Shown here: one piece after another, positions 54,564 to 62,985 of the stretch
Layout of the letters: each line of letters starts with the position of its first letter
How positions within the stretch are numbered: position 1 is the stretch's first letter
DNA from: Victivallales bacterium
Lineage (GTDB): Bacteria > Verrucomicrobiota > Lentisphaeria > Victivallales > G963678815
Assembly: GCA_963678815.1 (NCBI GenBank)
Contig: OY787460.1
Location: 6,394,861-6,458,860, forward strand
DNA length: 64,000 bases
Reading direction: 5' to 3'
Program-made: the position numbers and the translations under genes
Notes under the pieces: generated by a model
What the model was told of the DNA's origin: nothing
The model's input: the letters and a program-made list of their open reading frames with translations, nothing else
The model's database searches: none

Positions 54564-55994
54564 ATGAAAAAACCCAATATTCTCTACATAATGACCGACC
54601 AGCACCGGTTCGACTCGTTGAGTTGCACCGGTAATCGCGGGGTGCGTACCCCAAATATCGACAGCATTGCAGAGTCCGGGGCGAATTTCCGAAACGCCTG
54701 TACGCCGTCGCCGGTTTGCGCACCCGCCCGGGCCGCGATTTTCAGCGGACAGTATCCGCCTGGCTGCGGGGTCACGGGCAACTGGCTTCCCTTCAACGGC
54801 AATCAGGTATTGATGACCGATCAACTGAAACGCGCCGGATACGATACCGCATGTGTAGGAAAACTGCATTTTGTTCCGCACGTCTGCAGTTGGGGATTCG
54901 ATCACAAAGAACTTCATGACTGCCCGTGCAGCATCTACGCTGACGATGACAAATATTCCGCATACATTGATTACCTTAAGGAAGTCTACGGCGAAAAAGC
55001 GGGCGCGGAGCTTGTAAAAATGTTCGACGAGGATGAATTGTGCTATCCGAAGGGCATGAAGCAGTTTATTCTCGGCCGCAATTTCATTCCAGAGGAACAC
55101 CACATGGTTACCTGGACCGCAAACCGTTCGGTGGAATATCTGAAAAATCGTGAAAAATCAAATCCGTTTTTCATGCACGTGTCTTTCATGGGACCGCACC
55201 AGCCCTGGGACGTGCCGGAAAACTGGCGGAGAATAAAACCGGAAGACATAAAGGTTCCCGAATTCGACGACGATTATTCCGATAAACCGATCATTCTGAA
55301 AACCAAGCAGAACAACTTCAGGGAATTCAAGAAACAGCTTACTAAAGATGATTACCGCTTTCTGATCTCTCAATATTTGAACCACGTGGAAATGATCGAC
55401 CATTATATCGGTAAACTCTTTGAACAACTTAAGCAGTCCGGGGAATGGGACAACACCATGATTATCTTTACCTCCGATCATGGCGACCACAACGGTCAGT
55501 ACGGTTTATTTTTCAAAGGGACGATGCTGGAAACCTCGGTAAAAGTGCCCCTGATAATCAAACCTCCCGGCGGAATTGCGGAAAAAGAAGTAGTTGATCC
55601 GGTGTCTTTGCTGGACCTTTACGGGTCCATTCTGGACACTGCCGGAATATCGGACTGGAAATATGAGCAGATTGAATCCGGTTCACTAAACAATTATCTT
55701 AAAATGCCCTCGACCACCGGACCAGGCAAATGCTTTTCATATCACCGCAACAATGGAGCAACGGTTCTTACCATGTACCGCGACGGCAAGTTCAAACTTG
55801 TCAGGTGTGAAAAAAATGACGCCCCAATCCTTTATGAATTCTATGAACTCAAAGCTGGCCGGCTGGATGGCGGAAACCTGTTCGATTTTCCCGCTTATCA
55901 ATCAAAAATCCGCGATATGAAAAAAATTCTGGATGATTGGTCGGAACAGCAGAAAACCCCGGCAGCCCATAACTGGCGCAAAAGTAAGCCGTAG
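54564..55994 (+). CDS. Sulfatase (Cys-type, CAPAR variant), no signal peptide
   Basis: MKKPNILYIMTDQHRFD...SPVCAPARAAIFSGQYP...TSDHGD. It lies 15 nt downstream of the MttB-like gene. Confidence 0.9.
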   Translation: MKKPNILYIMTDQHRFDSLSCTGNRGVRTPNIDSIAESGANFRNACTPSPVCAPARAAIFSGQYPPGCGVTGNWLPFNGNQVLMTDQLKRAGYDTACVGKLHFVPHVCSWGFDHKELHDCPCSIYADDDKYSAYIDYLKEVYGEKAGAELVKMFDEDELCYPKGMKQFILGRNFIPEEHHMVTWTANRSVEYLKNREKSNPFFMHVSFMGPHQPWDVPENWRRIKPEDIKVPEFDDDYSDKPIILKTKQNNFREFKKQLTKDDYRFLISQYLNHVEMIDHYIGKLFEQLKQSGEWDNTMIIFTSDHGDHNGQYGLFFKGTMLETSVKVPLIIKPPGGIAEKEVVDPVSLLDLYGSILDTAGISDWKYEQIESGSLNNYLKMPSTTGPGKCFSYHRNNGATVLTMYRDGKFKLVRCEKNDAPILYEFYELKAGRLDGGNLFDFPAYQSKIRDMKKILDDWSEQQKTPAAHNWRKSKP

Positions 55995-56032
55995 TCTGAT
56001 ATTTTCTCAGAATTGACCTGACGCAGCAAGTT

Positions 56033-58261
56033 TTAAATGGACAATTCCGCTAAAATTCTGTTTTCTTCCGTGGCGTTTTCTCCCGGGCCCCATTCGTAAC
56101 TTCCGCCAGGTTTGAGCATAAGATTCTTAACAATACCTGGAGCCGTGAGGTTAATTTTTTTGAATTCCATATTTTTATTTTGAACTTTTAATTCAATCAT
56201 TTTACCATCGTTCATCTTTGCGGAAACAGCGATACCGTCATGAGTTATAATATTTTTGATTTCAATATTTTTCCATCTTGCCGGGAGCATATCAAAAATC
56301 ATTAATTTTTTTCCCTGGCGGTTAATCAGCAGTGAATTTACCGCAAGAATAAAACTTGCATGCGAAGTAAAAAACCAGTTTAGGACCAGTTCCCCATGAT
56401 AAAATACTCTTTCAGGAATCCCTCCGTAATAATTAGTGAATTTAGCGCATTTTATCAATCTGTCCCAAGCTTCAGGAATACGTTTCTCAGCTAGAATACG
56501 GGAAATCCAATATTCAGTCCAGGTAAAAATCCGGTCTTTGTACGAAATTACGTTGTGAGAGTGATAGCTATCCAGTTCCGCATCGTAAAAAGACATTTCA
56601 TCGATGGTTTTCCTCCAAGCCGGATGCTCCGGGAACAGATTAAATATAAGTGACCCCCAATGTGGCAGCGCGCCGCCGACGAACGACTGCAAAACACCGT
56701 TCTCATCGATATTATCGTTCATGGCCATTAAAACCATATTTTCAACAATATCCAGGTTTTCCCGATATGGCGATTTCTTAAGCTTATTGCATGTATTTAG
56801 ATAGTAAGCAATAGCTTTCGCGGTAACCGCCGCCGTCCATGTATCGGTTCTTTTCAGTTCGCTTTCCGATTCATCAATCCCGGAACATTCACGAAGATAA
56901 GCCTTGCCATTTTCAACTTTTACTAATGCTTCTATGAGAAATATCAAAGCGTTTTCCATGGTTTCGAACATCTCGCTGAGAAATTTTATATCTCCTGAAT
57001 TCTCAAAGCACTGCCATATCTGAATAACGATTATACCGTTGTTATGATACTGGCGGCATTGTTCAGGGCGCAAGTTAAAATTCTTGCGGTTGGTTGTCCA
57101 GGCAAACCTTGCGCCGGGAATCCCCATTTTTTTTGCAAGCGCTTTGGCTTCCGGCAGTTTATCCTTCCAGAAATATGAAATCTTTCTTGAATAATCCGCA
57201 TGGTCAGATCTTAGCCACGCCATTGACGCAAACCACGAATCCCAGAACATTGCGTTTTCAAACATGTAGGGAAGTATCCCCATTGGCAAGAATCCGGTGT
57301 CCCATTCGATATTGCTTTTCATAAGATAGAGACTGCAATTATAAATGAATTCCAGTTTTTTATCGGGAAGGTTAATCGAAGATTTTGAAAAATATTTCTC
57401 CATTTCCAATTCGTGGTTTTTCACAATATGATTGTAACCGAAGCTGTTTACACTTTTTATCAATTCATCCATATACTGTTGCGGATTTGATAAATCAGTA
57501 TCATCAATGATTGCGGTATAATTGGTAATGGTATCGCCTTTATTAAGCTTCCGGGTCACCAATTTATGCGGCGAATAATTTTTTTTGTCATAAATAAGAT
57601 TTTCAGGAAATTCGCAAACGGATGCCGGACAGTCCGTCCAGGTTGCGGCAACTCCCGAAAATTTTTTAAACTGGTATGAAAACTGAAATCCGTTTGAGTT
57701 TTTCATATTGGAAAATTCAACTTTTTCCGGTCTTATGCAAAGATCATATTGAGACGGGCGCACTGCCGGCCCCATCAGGAATTCAATAGTAAAATCCACT
57801 TCAGGAACTTCCAGGACTTCATAATGTTTAACCAGAATATGGCTGCCGGTCAGAAATGTTTTTACCTTTATCTTGAGGATTCCGCGGCTGCGATGGCAAC
57901 GCTGAGAAAAAACCGTGGTTACGATTCCTTTTTTCGGATCAAAAAACTGTTCCGTCCGCGATATGCCAATCGCCTGTATTCCCAATTTCAAGATAACGTT
58001 CATGTCGGCCAGACAAACACTGTGCCCATACGACATGTTGGAAAATTCATAATCTTTACGCCCGGTTTTATACCAGCCGAATGAACAGCCCCGTGAAAGT
58101 TGAGGAGAATATTCCAGTGACCCGTGCGAATCAGTTGAGCCGATCATGTTAATCATCATTGCGTCAATACCATTTGCGAGTATCACCGGGAAGTAAGGAC
58201 GTCCGGGAAAATATCCCCCGTCCTCCGTAAGTATCATATTATTATTTTTCTGATCAAGCAT
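56033..58261 (-). CDS. (alpha/alpha)6 six-hairpin glycoside hydrolase/phosphorylase-like protein (GH65/GH15/GH63-like)
   Basis: NAMFWDSWFASMAWL and GIPGARFAWTTN resemble the FWDTE / G-A-x-(F/Y)-P-W motifs of GH65-type enzymes. It has an N-terminal beta-sandwich plus C-terminal beta domain, and no signal peptide. Confidence 0.6.
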   Translation of the reverse strand: MLDQKNNNMILTEDGGYFPGRPYFPVILANGIDAMMINMIGSTDSHGSLEYSPQLSRGCSFGWYKTGRKDYEFSNMSYGHSVCLADMNVILKLGIQAIGISRTEQFFDPKKGIVTTVFSQRCHRSRGILKIKVKTFLTGSHILVKHYEVLEVPEVDFTIEFLMGPAVRPSQYDLCIRPEKVEFSNMKNSNGFQFSYQFKKFSGVAATWTDCPASVCEFPENLIYDKKNYSPHKLVTRKLNKGDTITNYTAIIDDTDLSNPQQYMDELIKSVNSFGYNHIVKNHELEMEKYFSKSSINLPDKKLEFIYNCSLYLMKSNIEWDTGFLPMGILPYMFENAMFWDSWFASMAWLRSDHADYSRKISYFWKDKLPEAKALAKKMGIPGARFAWTTNRKNFNLRPEQCRQYHNNGIIVIQIWQCFENSGDIKFLSEMFETMENALIFLIEALVKVENGKAYLRECSGIDESESELKRTDTWTAAVTAKAIAYYLNTCNKLKKSPYRENLDIVENMVLMAMNDNIDENGVLQSFVGGALPHWGSLIFNLFPEHPAWRKTIDEMSFYDAELDSYHSHNVISYKDRIFTWTEYWISRILAEKRIPEAWDRLIKCAKFTNYYGGIPERVFYHGELVLNWFFTSHASFILAVNSLLINRQGKKLMIFDMLPARWKNIEIKNIITHDGIAVSAKMNDGKMIELKVQNKNMEFKKINLTAPGIVKNLMLKPGGSYEWGPGENATEENRILAELSI

Positions 58262-58300
58262 CTACGTATCCTGTTAATGTTCACCCTCATCATAATTTCT

Positions 58301-58351
58301 TAATCGATTATGCAATGGTGTTATTATACCTCAATACCGGAATTACGTCAA
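58301..58351 (-). promoter_or_regulatory. Promoter of the six-hairpin GH with TAATCGATTA operator
   Basis: Minus strand reads TTGACG (58351-58346), 17 nt, TATAAT (58328-58323), with the palindrome TAATCGATTA (58301-58310) about 13 nt downstream. Confidence 0.55.
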
Positions 58352-58539
58352 GTATTTTTACTTGAATATTACGATTTTCAGTCAATGAATTAAGTCTGCA
58401 CTTACAGATAATTACAAGTCCGGGCCACATAAGCGCCGCGATATTGCTGCTTAATTGTCAGGAAAATTGGCACTTGTCATTGCGATTTGGAGAATCCATG
58501 ACAATATTATAAAGTAAACGGAAGGTATCCGGATCGATT

Positions 58540-59640
58540 ATGAAAAATGAGTTACTGCCAAAATACTACGTCATCAAGGAAAAGTTAAAAAAACAAATCC
58601 TTGACGGGGAATATGCTCCCGGTGATCTTCTTCCTTCCCAGAACGAGTTGATGAAATCCGAACAGGCCAGCTACTCTACTATTTCACGGGTACTGACGGA
58701 ATTAAAAAACGAGAACCTCATTTACCGGGTTGGCGGCAAAGGCACTTACGTCCAGAAAAGAGCGGTTTTCGTTAAAGAAAAAATGAAGATATGGATAGCA
58801 TTATTAGAACAAGATGATTCAGATTCCACCGAAAAAGACAATTTGGGGTTCCCTCATGTTGAACTGATGCACAGCATTATTGCTTATTGCGCATCAATCG
58901 GAATGCAGGTGAAACCGGTATATCACGACGATAACGATTTTATAAACCAGGAAGTATATGATTCAAATTCAGGAATCATCTTCCTTGCCTCATCCGGCAA
59001 ACAGCATCTTTTTGAACGCCTGAACAGCCTCAATGTCCCTTATGCCGCACATGCCCCAATGGATTGCATTTATGGCAATTACAACGCCGTGACCGTGAAT
59101 GTCAACCACGGGGCCTACCTGGCAACAAAGGCGTTAATCGATGCAGGACACAGAAACATTGCATTTTTTCATACCCCCAGTAAAAATGATTTCTGGGCCT
59201 TGCCCAAATTCGACGGATATAAAAAAGCATTGCGGGAAGCCGATATAGAATTTCGCGAGGAATTAATACTAAGATCAAAATGTGTTACGCAAGATTGCAC
59301 AAAAGAAGCCGAACATTTTTTCAGCAGGAACGGTTCCGCTGAAAAGGTTACCGCCCTGTTCGCGATAAATGATACCAGGGCCCTGGCCGCAATGAAAGTC
59401 ATGACCGGACTGGGAATCAAAATCCCGGACGATATAGCGGTTGTCGGCTATGATGACTTACCGCAATCCAGAAACTGTCAAATTCCGCTGACAACGGTTA
59501 AATTACCATGTGAAGAAATGGGAAAAGCGACAGTCAAGCTACTGCTTTTACTCGCTCAGAAACCGGAGTTCGCGCCTCTCATTAAAGTAATGAAATCAGA
59601 AATGATTTATCGAGAATCTTTTCCGGATCCAGGTGTTTGA
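58540..59640 (+). CDS. AraR-type regulator: GntR winged HTH + LacI/GalR-type (PBP1) sugar-binding domain
   Basis: HTH: YAPGDLLPSQNELMKSEQASYSTISRVLTELKNENLIYRVGGKGTYV. Effector domain: GHRNIAFF...FDGYKKAL...ALFAINDTRALAAMKVM...IPDDIAVVGYDDLP...PLTTVKLP. Confidence 0.85.
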   Translation: MKNELLPKYYVIKEKLKKQILDGEYAPGDLLPSQNELMKSEQASYSTISRVLTELKNENLIYRVGGKGTYVQKRAVFVKEKMKIWIALLEQDDSDSTEKDNLGFPHVELMHSIIAYCASIGMQVKPVYHDDNDFINQEVYDSNSGIIFLASSGKQHLFERLNSLNVPYAAHAPMDCIYGNYNAVTVNVNHGAYLATKALIDAGHRNIAFFHTPSKNDFWALPKFDGYKKALREADIEFREELILRSKCVTQDCTKEAEHFFSRNGSAEKVTALFAINDTRALAAMKVMTGLGIKIPDDIAVVGYDDLPQSRNCQIPLTTVKLPCEEMGKATVKLLLLLAQKPEFAPLIKVMKSEMIYRESFPDPGV

Positions 59641-59688
59641 GATAATTTTCCAGTAAAATAGAAATTCAGATAAAGCATCATTTTTGCC

Positions 59689-60546
59689 ATGAACACATCA
59701 TTCAAACCGTGCTTATGGTCACCGTATCCCCGGCTGGTTCACGATTTCAAAAATCCGGCCACCGGGGAATATGTTTACTTTAAATCCCAACTCACCGACC
59801 ACGCGCTGCATTATTTTCTATCTGGTTCCGGGAAGTACAACCTTGAAGGAAAAACCTACCGAATCGAACCGCATATGCTGTTTGCGGTGCGCCCCGACAC
59901 CGGCTACAGTTTCAATCTTTTCCCCAATACAAAACCGCGCATGCTGAACATCCATTTTGACCCGATCGAACAGGAGGATTCCAATTACCCGTTTCCGTAT
60001 CCCCCCGGCAAGCGAACAGTGCCTCCGGTGGTCATGCCGCGCGACTTTCCCTCGGCAATGCGGATGCACAATCATCAAAACTACGAACAACTTTTTTATC
60101 AGTTGCACGCTATCTGGCAGCTGCCGGGAATGAATTGGCGGCTCAAAAGCAAAAGCCTTATGCTGGAAATCCTGGGATTGCTTTACACGAATACCGGGGA
60201 AAATCCGCCGGGAACGGAAGCATTTCACCGCGAAACTGTAAAAAAAGCATTGGAACATATTCAACAAAACCTCCACCGGAAAATCCCCCTGGACGAACTT
60301 GTCGCGGCAAGTGGAGTATGCCGCGCATTGTTCATCAGGATATTCAAGGAAGAGTGCGGAATGCCCCCGGCAAGATACATAAGCAAACTGAAAATCGACA
60401 AGGCCAAAAATGAACTCGCCTATCATGACACCCCAATCAAGGAGCTGGCCGACAATCTGGGGTTTGTCAATGTCCATCATTTCACCCGGATATTCCGGGA
60501 GTTCGCCGGCATTCCTCCCGGACAATACAAAAAACACATAAAATAG
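59689..60546 (+). CDS. AraC family transcriptional regulator
   Basis: Cupin-like N-terminus (YRIEPHMLFAVRPDTGYSF). C-terminal HTH: PPARYISKLKIDKAKNELAYHDTPIKELADNLGFVNVHHFTRIFREFAGIPPGQYKK. Confidence 0.9.
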   Translation: MNTSFKPCLWSPYPRLVHDFKNPATGEYVYFKSQLTDHALHYFLSGSGKYNLEGKTYRIEPHMLFAVRPDTGYSFNLFPNTKPRMLNIHFDPIEQEDSNYPFPYPPGKRTVPPVVMPRDFPSAMRMHNHQNYEQLFYQLHAIWQLPGMNWRLKSKSLMLEILGLLYTNTGENPPGTEAFHRETVKKALEHIQQNLHRKIPLDELVAASGVCRALFIRIFKEECGMPPARYISKLKIDKAKNELAYHDTPIKELADNLGFVNVHHFTRIFREFAGIPPGQYKKHIK

Positions 60547-60577
60547 ACATTTAGACAAATATTTATACTTCCCGGCA

Positions 60578-60606
60578 AAGACATTTTTCCTTTTCCGCCG
60601 TATTAT
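60578..60606 (+). promoter_or_regulatory. Candidate promoter placing the transcription start at or next to the GRE start codon
   Basis: AAGACA (60578-60583), 17 nt, TATTAT (60601-60606). The ATG at 60614 is 7 nt after the -10, and no Shine-Dalgarno is visible. Confidence 0.3.
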
Positions 60607-60613
60607 TTACGAC

Positions 60614-62947
60614 ATGAATAATACACGAAAATCAAAGTTGGAACTTCTGAAACAGGATGTTACGGAGCGGCACGGTTCGTTTGTTCCTGAAATGAATATT
60701 TTCCGCCGTGACCTGGCGTTATGGAACTCGGCGGTTAATTACGGGCAATCGATCATTACCACCAAGGGGGGACTGCTCCTTGAACTGGTTAAAACCGTGA
60801 CAATAAAAATCTTCCCGCACTGGACACTCGCCGGGGAACACCTGATATATTCTAGTGAAAAGCATTCCCAAAATGCTTTTTTCGGGTTCAAGCATGCAGT
60901 TGTGGAAGAACATCTGGAAGAACTCGAGGCCATGAATTTTTCGGAGGAACAGGCTGTAGCGATCCCGGAACTGGTGAAAAAAATAACTCAACTCAGGGGA
61001 AATCTTGTCGGGCATCCCAAACCTGAATCCGGCAAAGAACCGTATGAAGACGCATACCATCAGAAAAATCTGGAAATTCTTTTGGCCCGGGGCTGGATGG
61101 AAAATCATTCGATCCGCGACTTCGCAAAACTGGTCAAAATTGGATTTTCCGGACTAAAAAAAGAAGTGCGAAATGAGCTGTCCGGGCTTGATATCGCTTC
61201 CCCCGAGTACGCGGAAAAAGAAAATTTCCTTACTGCCGTTTCACTGGTCTGCGACGCCGGAATCCTGCTGGGAAAACGCTATGCGGAACTGGCAAGGGAA
61301 ATGGCCGGCAAAGCCGATAATCCGGAAGAAAAACGGCGGCTGTCAATGATGGCCGAAACCTGTGAAAAAGTGCCGGGGAACGGCGCGCAAACCTTCCGTG
61401 AAGCAGTCCAGGCGCTCTGGTTCGGACATATCATGACCTGCGCCGAAGACGGCATTAACGCCAACTCCATCGGCAGACTCGACCAGATATTGTATCCATA
61501 TTATGAAAAAGATCTTGCCAGCGGACGCATCACCCGGCAGGAAGCACTGGAACTGATGGAGGAACTCGCCTGCAAGCTATATCTGGATTATGACGTCCAG
61601 GCGATCACTCTCGGCGGTGTGGACAGAAACGGCAAGTGCGCCGTGAATGAACTCAGCTACATAATCCTGGAAGCCACCGAAAACTTCGGGCTGATCCGGG
61701 ACCTGTCGGTTAGGATCAATGATGACACCCCGGAAGAGTTTATCGATGCATGTTCGCGGCTGATTGTCAGGGGCGGAGGCATTCCGTTTATTTTCAATGA
61801 CGATTCTTTTATCAAGGCGCTGACCGACCGGGGAATCAGTCCGGAAGACGCCACCGACTACGCTCCAATCGGCTGTGTTGAACTCACGATTCCCGGCAAA
61901 GCCAATCCCCATGCGGTATCGGGCTGGTTCAATTCAACCAAATGCCTGGAGCTGGCGCTGTTCAATGGCGTCGACCATCGTAGCGGTTGCCAGTTCGGGC
62001 CGAAAACCGGCGAGCTTTCTACGTTCAAAAGCTTCGATGAGCTGTATAAAGCATACTGCGCCCAGGTTAAGTTCTTTGCCGACCGGATGGTTTACCGCTG
62101 CAACGCCGGGGAGCTTAAACAGCGCGACTTCGGCCCCATGCCTTGCTGGTCACTCCTGACCGACGACTGCATCAAGCGCGGAAAAGACATTACCAACGGC
62201 GGTCCGCTTTACAACTATCATTCAATCTGCTTTCTCGGCGCTCCCGACACCGCCGACTCGCTCTTCGCCATGAAAAAATGTCTGTTTGAAGAAAAAAACG
62301 TTGATCCCGAAACTTTGCTGGAAGCGCTCCGCAATGACTTTTCCGGATTCGAGATTCTGCAAAAACAGCTACGGAAACTGCCGAAATACGGCAACGACAT
62401 CAGTGAAGTTGATTTACTGACAAAACAGGTTTGCGACGACTTTATCAGCCTGATGGACACCATGCGCAGTCCCCTCGACGGCAGATACTTTGTGCATCTG
62501 TTTACGTTCATCCTGAACCTTTCTTTCGGGAGAGCGGTCGGGGCGATGCCGGACGGACGGAACGCCGAAACCCCGCTGGCATATTCGCTCTCGGCCCATC
62601 AGGGACGCGATGAAAAAGGTCTCACCGCCATGCTGAACAGCCTGGCGAAACAGCCTCACGATAAAGCTGCCGGAGGATCGGCGGCGATCATTGATATTAA
62701 TCCGTCACTTCTGCAGGGGAGCGGCAAGGAGAAGCTGATGAGCAATATTATCAGGACCGGACTGAAAATGGGCATCGGCCAGATGCAGTGGAACATTACC
62801 ACGGTTGAACAACTGGAAAAGGCCCGGAAAGATCCTGACCGGTATGGCAATACCCCTGTGCGGGTGGCCGGATACTCCCAGATGTTCAAACTGATCACCC
62901 CGGAACTCCAGGACCATATTATTGCCCGGACAAAACACCAATCCTGA
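60614..62947 (+). CDS. Glycyl radical enzyme (PFL-fold; GCVE-type 1,2-eliminase/dehydratase-like)
   Basis: C-terminal glycyl radical motif TPVRVAGYSQMFKLITPELQDHIIARTKH (Gly codon at 62870-62872). Cys loop YAPIGCVELTIPGK (Cys codon at 61874-61876). 777 aa. Confidence 0.9.
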   Translation: MNNTRKSKLELLKQDVTERHGSFVPEMNIFRRDLALWNSAVNYGQSIITTKGGLLLELVKTVTIKIFPHWTLAGEHLIYSSEKHSQNAFFGFKHAVVEEHLEELEAMNFSEEQAVAIPELVKKITQLRGNLVGHPKPESGKEPYEDAYHQKNLEILLARGWMENHSIRDFAKLVKIGFSGLKKEVRNELSGLDIASPEYAEKENFLTAVSLVCDAGILLGKRYAELAREMAGKADNPEEKRRLSMMAETCEKVPGNGAQTFREAVQALWFGHIMTCAEDGINANSIGRLDQILYPYYEKDLASGRITRQEALELMEELACKLYLDYDVQAITLGGVDRNGKCAVNELSYIILEATENFGLIRDLSVRINDDTPEEFIDACSRLIVRGGGIPFIFNDDSFIKALTDRGISPEDATDYAPIGCVELTIPGKANPHAVSGWFNSTKCLELALFNGVDHRSGCQFGPKTGELSTFKSFDELYKAYCAQVKFFADRMVYRCNAGELKQRDFGPMPCWSLLTDDCIKRGKDITNGGPLYNYHSICFLGAPDTADSLFAMKKCLFEEKNVDPETLLEALRNDFSGFEILQKQLRKLPKYGNDISEVDLLTKQVCDDFISLMDTMRSPLDGRYFVHLFTFILNLSFGRAVGAMPDGRNAETPLAYSLSAHQGRDEKGLTAMLNSLAKQPHDKAAGGSAAIIDINPSLLQGSGKEKLMSNIIRTGLKMGIGQMQWNITTVEQLEKARKDPDRYGNTPVRVAGYSQMFKLITPELQDHIIARTKHQS

Positions 62948-62985
62948 TCAGGATTGCGTCAGCAAAGTTCCGGTTCAAAATCTGC

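Noticed and set aside
60614-62947. Assigning the glycyl radical enzyme specifically as pyruvate formate-lyase, choline TMA-lyase or propanediol dehydratase
   Set aside because: The single-Cys GCVE loop argues against PFL, which has a CC loop. The specificity-determining pocket residues cannot be judged by eye. The expected neighbours (activase, BMC, cut/pdu genes) are absent, so only the clade-level call is supported.
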